Of a DNA stretch of 21,613 bases, positions 1-9,329 are shown in pieces. Each line of letters begins with the position of its first letter. Position 1 is the first letter of the stretch. Origin of the DNA: Pirellulales bacterium (GTDB taxonomy: Bacteria > Planctomycetota > Planctomycetia > Pirellulales > JAICIG01); the NCBI GenBank assembly GCA_040901675.1, contig JBBDYJ010000016.1:136879-158491 (forward strand). The letters run 5' to 3'. Under the pieces are notes generated by a model. The model did no database searches. It was not told the origin of the DNA and saw only the letters and a list, made by a program, of their open reading frames with translations. The position numbers and the translations under genes are program-made.

Positions 1-77
1 CCGTAGGATAGGCTTCCAGCCTGTCACCGTAGGATAGGCTTCCAGCCTGTCACCGCAGGATAGGCTTCCAGCCTGTC
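1..77 (+). repeat. Tandem 26-bp GTAG-type REP-like palindromic repeat, 3 copies
   Basis: ccgtaggataggcttccagcctgtca at 1-26 and 27-52; third copy 53-77 has one substitution and lacks the final a. Each unit is GTAG plus hairpin ATAGGCT-TCC-AGCCTGT. No spacers. May extend left of the window. Confidence 0.85.
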
Positions 78-152
78 TTGCCAGCATCGCCAGAGTTCTG
101 GCGAACCGAGCCACCGGCCCGAATTTCCTGCCGCTCTCCGGCTACGGATGGC

Positions 153-953
153 TCAGCCGGCGCGTCGTCTCTCCGCAGGGCAAACGGCCGCGCCTGGGGT
201 GGGCAGCTTGCCGACCAGCCGGCAGAAGTACTCGTGGTCGGCAGCCCTCATGGGGGGGGACTCCAGCCGTTCGACCGGAATGACGCGGCCGAAGTAGGAC
301 TCGATCATTTGGCGGCACCAGGCCTCCAAGAGCGATTGCAGATCGAGCCGGCAGGCTACGGCGGGATTTCCCGAAACGGCACTGTAGCTGGGGCAGGTGG
401 CGAAAGGCTGAAAACGGAACCACCGCCGGTAGAAATCCTCGTGCCTGGGATGGACTGCTATCAATAGGTCGTCGTACTCGTGCCAGCAGGCGTATTGCAT
501 CATGAACCGCGAGAGGGCGTGAAAAATGGCCGGCGAACGGCGGGCGAAGGCGGGATCGACCGCCAGCCCGCTCACTTCCGCGATCCGCCGCCGATCATCC
601 CGCAGTCGCTGCACCCGGCTGTGAAAGACGGTCTCCATCGGGAGGCCCAGCCGATTGTCTCCGACGATCGTCATGGTTCCGACGAGCCGGTACAACTCGT
701 CCAGCGCCAGCACGGTGTGGCTGGTGGGCAACCCGTAGCTGAGTCGATACACCATGCCGGACGCATTGGCCGGGATATATCCTCGCTCGCGATAGGCCCG
801 GTACATCAGCTTCCAAACGCGGGCAAACTCGCTGCGCCGCGTGGCGATCTTCACCTCCAGCCCCTCTTCCGAGTGCAACCGTCGCAATGGACGCTCGGCG
901 GTCGATCGACCGCTACGTGACCCGGCATGGGTAGTCAGCACGGCTGGTAACAC
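153..953 (-). CDS. FeeM-like N-acyl amino acid synthase (GNAT fold, related to acyl-homoserine lactone synthases)
   Basis: Motif order KIA...LMYRAYRERGY, VGTMTIVGDNRLGLPME, IAEVSGLAVDP, IAVHPRHEDFYRRWFRF, GNPAVACRLDL. Start codon uncertain (GTG 953 or further in). Confidence 0.7.
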   Translation of the reverse strand: MLPAVLTTHAGSRSGRSTAERPLRRLHSEEGLEVKIATRRSEFARVWKLMYRAYRERGYIPANASGMVYRLSYGLPTSHTVLALDELYRLVGTMTIVGDNRLGLPMETVFHSRVQRLRDDRRRIAEVSGLAVDPAFARRSPAIFHALSRFMMQYACWHEYDDLLIAVHPRHEDFYRRWFRFQPFATCPSYSAVSGNPAVACRLDLQSLLEAWCRQMIESYFGRVIPVERLESPPMRAADHEYFCRLVGKLPTPGAAVCPAERRRAG

Positions 954-1361
954 TCCATGGTTTGGGCCACACGCCTCGTTGATCTCGCCGCCACCGGCGG
1001 GCCTGGCCCAATCCGGATGATTCCGATTCGAGTCGCCGCCGGCGGAAACATCTCTAGGTTTCTTCGGCGGGAATCGACGACGGATGTGAGCGAAGCGAGA
1101 CTAAACGATCAGCATGTAAGAACTTGCCGGCGGTCTTCGCCAGCGGGCGGGGACTATACTGGAACGGTTTCCGGCTTGAAACCGGTATCCAACCTTTTTA
1201 GAGATCTGGCTCAACGAGGGCAAGCACTTTTTTTCGAAGCCAGCCACTCTATCCGCCGTACCACCCGCTAGGGGCGGTTGCCAGCTAGCCGAGGTGACGA
1301 GTCGCCAGGAACGCCCCGCTTAACCAGTTCGGCTAGACTGGTATTGCTCCCGTTTTTCCCC

Positions 1362-1766
1362 TCATATTTGTCTGAGGTGCTCCTCGAGCTGGTCGATCAA
1401 CGGCACCTGGTCGGGGTGGATCAAGCGCCGGGCCTTCTCAAGGCTGACGAACTCGGCGCAGTCCACTTCCCACGATGCGCAGTGCGCGACAGAGCCCGCC
1501 GGCGCGGGGCCGGCGAAGGCGTGCACTCGCTTGCGGCTCTTGCGGTAGACGATCGAAGACAACAACACGAGTGGGCCCGCGACAATCCCGGTCTCTTCGG
1601 CCGCCTCCCGCCGGGCCGCCTGCTCCAGCGTTTCGCCCGGCTCGGCGAGCCCTTTCGGGATGCTCCAAGGCTTATTGCGGTTGTAGTTTCCCGACGGGTG
1701 AACGAGCAGCACCTGCCACTCGTCGGATGCGCGCCGAAACAACAACACACCGGCCGAGTCTTTCAT
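1362..1766 (-). CDS. Nudix hydrolase
   Basis: Nudix box GLAEPGETLEQAARREAAEETG, with SAGVLLF and WSIPKG before it. ATG at 1766 has AGGAGG upstream on the - strand. Confidence 0.9.
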   Translation of the reverse strand: MKDSAGVLLFRRASDEWQVLLVHPSGNYNRNKPWSIPKGLAEPGETLEQAARREAAEETGIVAGPLVLLSSIVYRKSRKRVHAFAGPAPAGSVAHCASWEVDCAEFVSLEKARRLIHPDQVPLIDQLEEHLRQI

Positions 1767-2238
1767 CCGCTTTCCCGCCTCCTTTCTCGCCCGCTCCAAG
1801 CCCCGTTTGGCACCCCCCCAATCGTGGCAGCACCCTTCAGATTTTTTTTGAGACCGATGGCTTCACTCGCAAGGCTTTTACCAGCAATTGTTTAACGCGC
1901 GTGGACGCGTCTGGGATTCCAGCGTTTTCCAAGAAAAATTTGCACCCAAATGTCAGGTTTTGGGCCTGAATCTCGACTGTTACAGCGGGGCAGTGCATGC
2001 GTGCCCCGGCGGCATCGGCCCGGGCCCGCCCAGAGAAGTCCAACGAGGTTCGCCAGTATGCCGCTTGCGCCGCAAAGTTTACCTGATCTGCACGGGCCGA
2101 ACTGGTCGGGGACAATTTTCGGCAAAGCGCTGCTTTCGCGGGCTTCGAGGCTGGACGCATTGATCCGGAGCCCAGAATAATCCGGCTGGCCCAACACGAT
2201 GCTTGGGTCAGCGACACCTCACGGCGGGGTGCATAGCG

Positions 2239-3423
2239 ATGAGCAACGTCCATCCGACCCACCTGTTTCCGAGGGGATCGACTCTCGATCCCGCGGCGCT
2301 GTCGGCCGAGTTCACTTCGCCCTCGCGGGATGCGTCGGCGGGCGAGACGCCCGCCGCCGGCGGGGGCGTGGCGGCACGCCACCGTTACGACCCTCACGCC
2401 CCTCATCATCATCCCTGGCAGGGCCGTGCCGCGCCGCCCCTGGGCGCTCTGCGCTCGACTTTCGGGGCGCCGGGCGAGGCCTCGACACCCCAGGCCCAGC
2501 GCGAGCAAGTCCTTGCGCAGCAACTGAGTCCGACGATCGCCGCCTGGGTCGAGGCTTACACGTCCGTCGGTAAGCGTAACTTATACTTGTGGAAATGGTG
2601 TACCCGTGGGGTCGAGTTGACAACGCTTCCATGCGTGCCGCCCGATCTCCGCGCCGACGCCGTCGATACTAAAGTTCTTTCCGGCATGCTCAACGTGCTG
2701 TTGGACGACGCCGCCGACCAGCAGGGGCACGCCGGCTTGCTGGGCGAACTGTTGAAATTGGTCCACGGAGCCAGCCCCGATTGGAGTCGACTCACCCACG
2801 AGGAGCAGGTCTACGGGCGGTTTACGCGCTGCGTCTGGCGGGAGTATTGGCGCCGGGTGCGGCGGTATCCTTGCTTTGCCGCGTTCAAGCAATTGCTGCG
2901 GTACGACCTGGCTCAGCTTTTCAACACCATCCACTATTCATACCTGGTCAATCGAAACCTCTCCATGCTCAACCTGGTCGAGCACGACCAGTACTCGGCG
3001 CAGGGAATGATGATGATGAGCTTCGCCACGGTCGACCTGATGTGCACCCCGCGCTTCGACGTGCGCGAGCTGGGCACGCTGCGCGAGGCGGTCTGGCATG
3101 GCCAGTGGATGGCGCGAATCGGCAACCTGATCAGCACCTGGAAGCGGGAGATCAACGAGGGCGACTACACCAGCGGCGTCTTTGCCCGCGCGGTGGCCCT
3201 CGGCGAGCTCTCCATCGAGCAGCTTGCCAACGCCGATCCGGGCCAGATCGAGGGGGTGATCCGGCATGGCGGGCACGAGGAACATTTCCTCGCTCGCTGG
3301 CAGTACCATCGGTCCCGCCTGGACTCGCTGCGGCCTCAGATTGCTTCTTTCGATCTGGTCGTCTGGCTGGATGGTCTGGATTGCCTGCTGGACACCGAAC
3401 TGGGCAGTTGTGGATGGAAATAA
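2239..3423 (+). CDS. Class I terpene synthase / isoprenoid synthase-like protein
   Basis: Aspartate-rich LLDDAAD (2704-2718) and NSE/DTE-like R-I-G-N-L-I-S-T-W-K-R-E (core 3124-3150). Low-complexity N-terminus makes the start uncertain. Co-operonic with ispH. Confidence 0.65.
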   Translation: MSNVHPTHLFPRGSTLDPAALSAEFTSPSRDASAGETPAAGGGVAARHRYDPHAPHHHPWQGRAAPPLGALRSTFGAPGEASTPQAQREQVLAQQLSPTIAAWVEAYTSVGKRNLYLWKWCTRGVELTTLPCVPPDLRADAVDTKVLSGMLNVLLDDAADQQGHAGLLGELLKLVHGASPDWSRLTHEEQVYGRFTRCVWREYWRRVRRYPCFAAFKQLLRYDLAQLFNTIHYSYLVNRNLSMLNLVEHDQYSAQGMMMMSFATVDLMCTPRFDVRELGTLREAVWHGQWMARIGNLISTWKREINEGDYTSGVFARAVALGELSIEQLANADPGQIEGVIRHGGHEEHFLARWQYHRSRLDSLRPQIASFDLVVWLDGLDCLLDTELGSCGWK

Positions 3424-3450
3424 AGTAGTGGCCTGGCCAATCGTGAGGGG

Positions 3451-6400
3451 ATGGACAATCCGATGAGCTCGTTCGACCCGACAGCCAAAGATGCCTCGCT
3501 CGCGCAGCGGGCCTTCGAACGGCTGGGCGAGCATTACATCGGCGTGATGATGCTGGTCACGCGGGTCTTTGGTTCGGTCGGCGGGTCGTTGGTCATCTAC
3601 TACGTGAACCTGACGACGCTGCTGCCGCCGGAGATGCGCCGACACTTCGACGTGGCGGCCGCCATCATGGTGACCGTCTCGGTCGCCATGACCGTTCCGC
3701 TGGCGCTGTGGGAAACGCGGGTGCTGCGGGCCGTGCTGCGGCGGTTCAAGCGGGGCCAGCCGGTGACCGCGGATCAGGCCCGCCAGGCAGGGCGGGAAGC
3801 GGTGCTGTTCCCCAGCCGGCACCACTTCCACGAAGCCGTTCTGGTGCCGTTCTGTTCGGTTGTCCCCATGTGCATCTATCTGCGCTGGCAGTTCGATGCG
3901 CCTCTGCACGTGCTGGTGCAGGTCACCATCACCGGCTTCTTGGCGATCGCCTCCGTCCTGCTCGTGACCTTTTTTGCCAGCGAGCGCTGGATGGTGCCCG
4001 TCACGCTGCACCTGCTCGAGCGGGGCCTTGCCATCCCCTTCGACGAGATGCCCGCCAGCAAATTGCGGGCCCGCTTGAACGTCTCATTCAGCTTGATCAT
4101 CGTCATCACCGCCCTGATGATCGGCGCCCTGGCCAACCAACGCGCCTCCGACATCATCGCCAACCCGGAGCGGCAGACCGAGGCCGTGCTCAGCCTGCGG
4201 CAGCACACCGTCTACATCACCGTGGCCGCGATGATCATGGGGATCCTGCTGTCCTGGATGCTGGCCAGCTCGATTGCCTCGCGCGTGGGCTTGATGGTGG
4301 AAGCCATGAAGCGCGTCCAGCGGGGCGAGTTCTCCCAGCGAGTGCAGCCCACGGGCAGGGACGAGATCGACATCCTGGCCAGGCAATTCAACTCGATGGT
4401 GGGGCAACTGGCCGAGAACGACCAAACGATCCGCGACCTCAACACCAACCTGGAGTTCAAGGTCAAGCGCCGCACGCGCCAGCTCTCCAAGAGCAGGCAG
4501 TCGCTGAAGCGCTCGCTGGAAAAGCTGCGGGAATACGACCGCCTCAAGACCGAGTTCTTCTCCAACATCAGTCACGAGCTGCGGACCCCGCTGACCATGA
4601 TCCTGACTCCCGTCGAGCGGATCCTCGAGAAGCACGCCGCCGCCTTGCCGCTGCACGTGGCCTCGATGCTGGACGTGGTGCGGACCAACGGTCAGCGGCT
4701 GCTGGAGCTGATCAATCGGCTGCTCGACTTCTCCAAGCTCGAGGCCGGGCGGATGCGCCTCGATCTGGAAGGCGTGGACGTCAATGCCCTGGTCCGGGAG
4801 CTGGTCGCGGCCGCCACTCCGCTGGCCCAGGAGCGCGGCGTCCGCCTCGATGCCGACTGCGACCCGCAGGTTTCCCTGTTCGCCGCCGATCGCGACAAGC
4901 TGGACATCATCATCAGCAACCTGCTCTCCAATGCCATCAAGTTCACTCCCTCCGGCGGCCAGGTTCGCCTGGAGACCCTCCGCGCCGACGACCGGGTCTG
5001 GCTGGCCGTGACCGACACCGGCATCGGCATCGCCGAGCAGGACTACAGCCGCATCTTCGAGCGTTTCGTCCAGGTCGACGGCTCCAGCTCGCGGGAGTTT
5101 TCAGGCACCGGTCTGGGACTGGCACTGGCCAAGGAGCTCATCGAGCTGCACGGCGGACAGGTTTACGTCAAGAGCCAGTTGGGGCAGGGCTCGCGGTTCT
5201 GGTTCGATTTACCGCTGGTGTCCGTGGCCGGCGACGCGCCCGCCCCGATCGAGGCCTCGCCGCGCAGGCGCGCCCGCCGCTTCGTCGATCTGGAACCGTG
5301 CGACGTGGCCTCGCCCCAGCCGGCGCCGCTGGAATCGGCCATGAGCTGTGGGACCGTGCTGGTGGTCGACGACAGTGCCGACGTGCGGCTGATGCTGGGC
5401 GAAATACTGCGCGACGACTACCGGGTGCTGTTCGCTCGCGACGGGGCCGAGGGAATGGAAACGGCCTTGCGCGAGCGTCCCGACCTGATCGTCTCCGACG
5501 TGATGATGCCCCGCGTCGACGGGCAGGAGTTCTGCCGGCGCGTCAAGGCCGATCCGGCCACGGCGCAAATCGCCTTTGTGATGCTGACCGCCCGAGCCGA
5601 GCTGGCCATGAAGATCCACGGCTTGGACTGCGGCGCCGACGACTACTTGATCAAGCCCTTCGAGGAGAAAGAACTCAAGGCGCGGGTTCGCTCGTTGCTG
5701 AAGCTCCGCCGCCTGCACTACGACCTCGACAAGCGCAATCGGGACCTGGAGACGGCCTACCGGCAACTGTCGTCCATGCAGGGGCAATTGATCCAGGCGG
5801 AGAAGATGAGCTCGCTGGGGCAGTTGGTGGCCGGGTTGGCCCACGAAATCAACAACTCGATCAATGCCGTCTACAACGGCATCCAGCCGCTGTCCAGCAG
5901 CACCCGCCGCCTGGAAAGCGTGCTGGTTCCCGTGCTGTCGGGGGAGTCGCTGGGCTGCACCGCCTCCACCCGCGACGAGGTTGAAGGCTTGTTCCGCAAG
6001 GTCTTCTCGCTGGCGCACGTGATCGAGAACGGCGCCAGCCGCACCGCCCGCATCATCGGCGACTTGAAGACCTTCTCCCACCCCGGCTCGGAGGAGTGCG
6101 GCGAGTTCGACCTGCACGGCGCTTTGGACATGTGCCTCAACCTGCTGTTCAACCAGGTCAAGCACCGCATCACCATCCGCAAGGAGTACGGCCTTACGGA
6201 GCGGGTCCACGGCCCCTATGGGCAATTGAACCAGGTGTTCATGAACATCTTGAACAACGCCCAGCAGGCCATCCCGGAATCCGGCGAGATCGTGGTCGCC
6301 ACCCGCCAGCAGGGCGACCTGGTCAGCGTCAGCATCCGCGACACCGGAAGCGGCATACCAGCCGAGATCGTCGACCGCATCTTCGATCCGTTCTTCACCA

Positions 6401-6627
6401 CCAAGGGCCCGGGCCTGGGGACCGGCCTGGGGCTCTCGATCAGCTACGGCATCATCAGCCGCTTGGGCGGGACCATCACCTGCCAGAGCACGCCGGGCCG
6501 CGGCAGCGACTTCGTCGTCACCTTCCCCCGCGTATCACTGGGCGGCGCGGACGAGCGGGAACCACCGGCCTCCACCTTCGACATTCCAGGGCAGCAGCAT
6601 GACACGCGACATCCTGTATGTGGATGA
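3451..6627 (+). CDS. Hybrid sensor histidine kinase: about 6 TM, HAMP, HisKA/HATPase, REC, second HisKA/HATPase
   Basis: Six hydrophobic segments; HAMP ([15 protein letters not shown]); H-box SHELRTPL; N-box [14 protein letters not shown] and GTGLGL; REC (VVDDS, SDVMMP, YLIKPF); second H-box [32 protein letters not shown]. Confidence 0.95.
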   Translation: MDNPMSSFDPTAKDASLAQRAFERLGEHYIGVMMLVTRVFGSVGGSLVIYYVNLTTLLPPEMRRHFDVAAAIMVTVSVAMTVPLALWETRVLRAVLRRFKRGQPVTADQARQAGREAVLFPSRHHFHEAVLVPFCSVVPMCIYLRWQFDAPLHVLVQVTITGFLAIASVLLVTFFASERWMVPVTLHLLERGLAIPFDEMPASKLRARLNVSFSLIIVITALMIGALANQRASDIIANPERQTEAVLSLRQHTVYITVAAMIMGILLSWMLASSIASRVGLMVEAMKRVQRGEFSQRVQPTGRDEIDILARQFNSMVGQLAENDQTIRDLNTNLEFKVKRRTRQLSKSRQSLKRSLEKLREYDRLKTEFFSNISHELRTPLTMILTPVERILEKHAAALPLHVASMLDVVRTNGQRLLELINRLLDFSKLEAGRMRLDLEGVDVNALVRELVAAATPLAQERGVRLDADCDPQVSLFAADRDKLDIIISNLLSNAIKFTPSGGQVRLETLRADDRVWLAVTDTGIGIAEQDYSRIFERFVQVDGSSSREFSGTGLGLALAKELIELHGGQVYVKSQLGQGSRFWFDLPLVSVAGDAPAPIEASPRRRARRFVDLEPCDVASPQPAPLESAMSCGTVLVVDDSADVRLMLGEILRDDYRVLFARDGAEGMETALRERPDLIVSDVMMPRVDGQEFCRRVKADPATAQIAFVMLTARAELAMKIHGLDCGADDYLIKPFEEKELKARVRSLLKLRRLHYDLDKRNRDLETAYRQLSSMQGQLIQAEKMSSLGQLVAGLAHEINNSINAVYNGIQPLSSSTRRLESVLVPVLSGESLGCTASTRDEVEGLFRKVFSLAHVIENGASRTARIIGDLKTFSHPGSEECGEFDLHGALDMCLNLLFNQVKHRITIRKEYGLTERVHGPYGQLNQVFMNILNNAQQAIPESGEIVVATRQQGDLVSVSIRDTGSGIPAEIVDRIFDPFFTTKGPGLGTGLGLSISYGIISRLGGTITCQSTPGRGSDFVVTFPRVSLGGADEREPPASTFDIPGQQHDTRHPVCG

Positions 6628-7774
6628 TGAGCGCGACAACCTCATCGTCTTCGAAGCCACCTTCGAAAACACCTTCAACGTCTGCACGGCAACCAGCGGC
6701 GGCAAGGCGCTCGAGCTTCTGGACCAGCGGTCGTTTCCCGTGGTGATCGCCGACCAGCGAATGCCCAGCATGACCGGCTCCGAACTGTTCGAAATCATGC
6801 GCCGCAAGTATCCGCACACCAAGCGCGTGATGCTGACCGGCTATGCCGACTCCAAGGCGATGCTCGACGCCATCAACCAGGGACAGGTGTACTACTTCCT
6901 GAAAAAGCCGTGGGAGCGCCACGTGGTCCTCTCGGTGCTGGTACACGCCATCGAGTCCTACGACCTGGCCATCTCCAACATGGCCCTCACCGAGCGGCTG
7001 GTGCAGAGCGACCGCTGCGCCACGCTGGGCCGCTCGGCGGCGCGCATCGCTCACGAAATGGGCAACCAGCTCTGCATGCTGCCGCTGTTGGAACTCATCG
7101 AGGAGCAGTACGCCGAGCATAAAGACCTGGTCCGCACGGCCGCCGTCGCCCGCAGGACCTACGACCGGCTGGTCGAGCTGGTCAACGAAGTCAAGTCGTT
7201 CGTCCGTTTCGAAAACGAGGAGCTGTGCCTCCAACCCGTCGCCCTCACCGAGCTCGTCCACGAGCTGGTCGAGTTCCTCCGCTACGACAACACCCTGCCG
7301 CGGGCCCAGGTCGCCGTCCGCGTCGATCGGGAACCCCACGTCATGGCCAACCGCATCAAGCTGCAGCAGGTGCTGTTGAACCTGCTGAAGAACGCGGCCC
7401 ATGCCATCCGCGGAAGGGCCGACGGCCGCATCACGATCCACCTGGACCAGGAGCAGTCCCAAGCGCTGCTGCGGGTCGAGGACAACGGCTGTGGCATGAC
7501 GGCCGACGTCGCCGGGCGGATCTGGGAACCGTTCTTTACCACCAAAGGCGAGGAGGGCACCGGCCTGGGCCTGGACATTGTCAAGGCCATCGTCGAGGCC
7601 CATCACGGCACGATCGCCTGCCAAACCGCGCCGGGCGAGGGCGCTACGTTCTCGATACGGCTGCCCGCCGTGCAGGCGGCCGGCGGCGCCGCAGCGGGCC
7701 GCAAGGCCGAGCGTCCGCCCCTCGACGCGGCCCTACTCAAATTGCCAAGCGACCCCGTTGTTGAGCACATCTAG
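6599..7774 (+). CDS. Cytoplasmic hybrid REC-histidine kinase
   Basis: REC (LYVDDE, ADQRMP, MLTGY, FLKKPW); H-box AHEMGNQL; NLLKNAAHA; DNGCG; EPFFTTK; GTGLGL. Overlaps the upstream gene by 29 nt. Confidence 0.93.
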   Translation: MTRDILYVDDERDNLIVFEATFENTFNVCTATSGGKALELLDQRSFPVVIADQRMPSMTGSELFEIMRRKYPHTKRVMLTGYADSKAMLDAINQGQVYYFLKKPWERHVVLSVLVHAIESYDLAISNMALTERLVQSDRCATLGRSAARIAHEMGNQLCMLPLLELIEEQYAEHKDLVRTAAVARRTYDRLVELVNEVKSFVRFENEELCLQPVALTELVHELVEFLRYDNTLPRAQVAVRVDREPHVMANRIKLQQVLLNLLKNAAHAIRGRADGRITIHLDQEQSQALLRVEDNGCGMTADVAGRIWEPFFTTKGEEGTGLGLDIVKAIVEAHHGTIACQTAPGEGATFSIRLPAVQAAGGAAAGRKAERPPLDAALLKLPSDPVVEHI

Positions 7775-7800
7775 CGGCAAGAACTGGAACAAGTGCAACC

Positions 7801-8721
7801 ATGAGAATTCTGCTGGCAGGTCCGCGTGGGTTCTGTGCGGGCGTCAACATGGCGATCGAGGCCCTCGAGCGGGCCGTGGAACGCTTCGGCACTCCGCTCT
7901 ACGTCCTGCACGAGATCGTGCACAACCGGCACGTGGTCGAGAACTTTCGACGGCGGGGGGTCGTGTTTGTCGAGCACGTCGAGCAGGTTCCGCCCGGGAG
8001 CCGCCTGATGTACAGTGCCCACGGCGTTTCGCCCGCCGTCCGGTCCTTGGCCCAGGGCCGCGGGCTCGAGGTGATCGACGCCACGTGCCCCCTGGTGCGC
8101 AAGGTGCATCTGCAAGCGGCCCGGTTTGCCCGCGAAGGTTACACGATCGTGCTGATCGGCCACCGGGGGCACGACGAGGTCATCGGCACGCTGGGCCAGG
8201 TGCCGGGCGGGATCACGCTGCTGGAGACCCCCGACGAGGTCGACTCGCTCGAGGTGCCCGACCCCGCCAAGCTGGCGTATCTGACGCAGACCACGTTGAG
8301 CGTCGACGAAGCCAAGGTCATCATCGACCGGCTGCGCAGCCGCTTTCCTCGCTGCGTCGGCTCGCCCACGGAGGACATCTGCTATGCCACGCAGAACCGG
8401 CAGGAGGCCTTGAAGGCCCTGGTGCCGCAGTCCGACTTCGTGCTGGTGGTCGGCAGCCGCAACAGTTCCAACAGCAACCGGCTGGCCGAGGTGGCCCGCG
8501 ACGCCGGCCGCCGGGCCCGGCTGATCGACTGCGCCGCCGAGATCGATCCGGGCTGGTTCGACGGCAGCGAAACGGTGCTGCTCACGGCCGGCGCCAGCGC
8601 CCCCGAGCACCTCGTCCAGGAGTGCATCGAGTGGCTGGAGCATCGCTTTGGGGCTTCGGTCGAACATCATCAGTTGCGGCAGGAGAACGTGGAGTTTGCG
8701 CTGCCGCTGGAGGTGCGGTAA
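7801..8721 (+). CDS. ispH: 4-hydroxy-3-methylbut-2-enyl diphosphate reductase
   Basis: PRGFCAGV, HEIVHN, SAHG, DATCPLV, IGHRGHDE, TQTT, DICYATQNRQ, GSRNSSNS, TAGASAP. All three Fe-S cysteines present. Confidence 0.97.
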   Translation: MRILLAGPRGFCAGVNMAIEALERAVERFGTPLYVLHEIVHNRHVVENFRRRGVVFVEHVEQVPPGSRLMYSAHGVSPAVRSLAQGRGLEVIDATCPLVRKVHLQAARFAREGYTIVLIGHRGHDEVIGTLGQVPGGITLLETPDEVDSLEVPDPAKLAYLTQTTLSVDEAKVIIDRLRSRFPRCVGSPTEDICYATQNRQEALKALVPQSDFVLVVGSRNSSNSNRLAEVARDAGRRARLIDCAAEIDPGWFDGSETVLLTAGASAPEHLVQECIEWLEHRFGASVEHHQLRQENVEFALPLEVR

Positions 8722-8722
8722 A

Positions 8723-8959
8723 ATGTCGTACGTTAACCTGAGTGCCACCCGCGTTTCGGATGCTCAACTGGTCGACCTGCAAGGGCTCGACGACGTGAGC
8801 GTGCTCGACCTCAGCGGGACCGACATCACCGACGCCGGCCTGAGCGCGCTCAAAGGGCTCAACCGGCTGGAGATGCTCGTCCTCGACGACACGCGCGTGA
8901 CCGAACGGGGCATCCACGAACTTCAACACGCCTTGCCACGGGTAACCATCCTTCGCTGA
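8723..8959 (+). CDS. Small leucine-rich-repeat protein (78 aa)
   Basis: About three LRR units: VNLSATRVSDAQLVDL, LDLSGTDITDAGLSAL, LVLDDTRVTERGIHEL, ending LQHALP. ATG is 1 nt after the ispH stop; GGAGG at 8709-8713. Confidence 0.85.
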   Translation: MSYVNLSATRVSDAQLVDLQGLDDVSVLDLSGTDITDAGLSALKGLNRLEMLVLDDTRVTERGIHELQHALPRVTILR

Positions 8960-8975
8960 TTCTTCGCTAAAGGCC

Positions 8976-9329
8976 ATGCCGGAATCGACTGTTTACGATG
9001 TTTTTTACAGGCTGGTCCGCGGCGGGCATGCCGACAGTGTCCGCGACTGCTGGCTCGAATTTGCTCGCCACGAGAAGGCCGGCAACTACTCCGCCACCCG
9101 CAGTGAGGCCTCGCGGCAGGCCCTCCACTGGGTGAGCCAGTTGGAGGAGCTCCGAAGCTGGATTCCCCAGTTCGGGGGCGTGGCCGAGGAGGAATGTCTG
9201 GAGTCGATCGACCGGGGCCTGGAGCTGTTCGGCATGCTCGACCAGACCGACGAGCTGCTCGACGCCGCCCGCGCCTGGGCCCACTTCATTCGCACCGAAG
9301 CCAAGTCCGTCCCCTCCGCCCGCCCGTAG
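8976..9329 (+). CDS. Hypothetical protein, probably helical
   Basis: ATG-started 117-aa ORF 16 nt after the LRR gene, protein-like composition, no recognised motif. Confidence 0.65.
   Translation: MPESTVYDVFYRLVRGGHADSVRDCWLEFARHEKAGNYSATRSEASRQALHWVSQLEELRSWIPQFGGVAEEECLESIDRGLELFGMLDQTDELLDAARAWAHFIRTEAKSVPSARP

Noticed and set aside
1..77. CRISPR array
   Set aside because: Repeats abut with no spacers and there are no cas genes; REP-like instead.
2187..2203. Sigma-54 promoter upstream of the terpene synthase-like gene (TGGC...ATGCT)
   Set aside because: GG to GC spacing is 11 nt rather than the required 10.
2938..8748. Long alternative-frame ORFs (2938-4011, 3708-5984, 5209-6225, 6518-7624, 7578-8741, 7771-8748)
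   Set aside because: They overlap well-supported genes and show no motifs; typical shadow ORFs of high-GC DNA.
8976..9329. HPt domain completing the phosphorelay
   Set aside because: Size fits, but no H-x-x-K-G-type motif surrounds any His.
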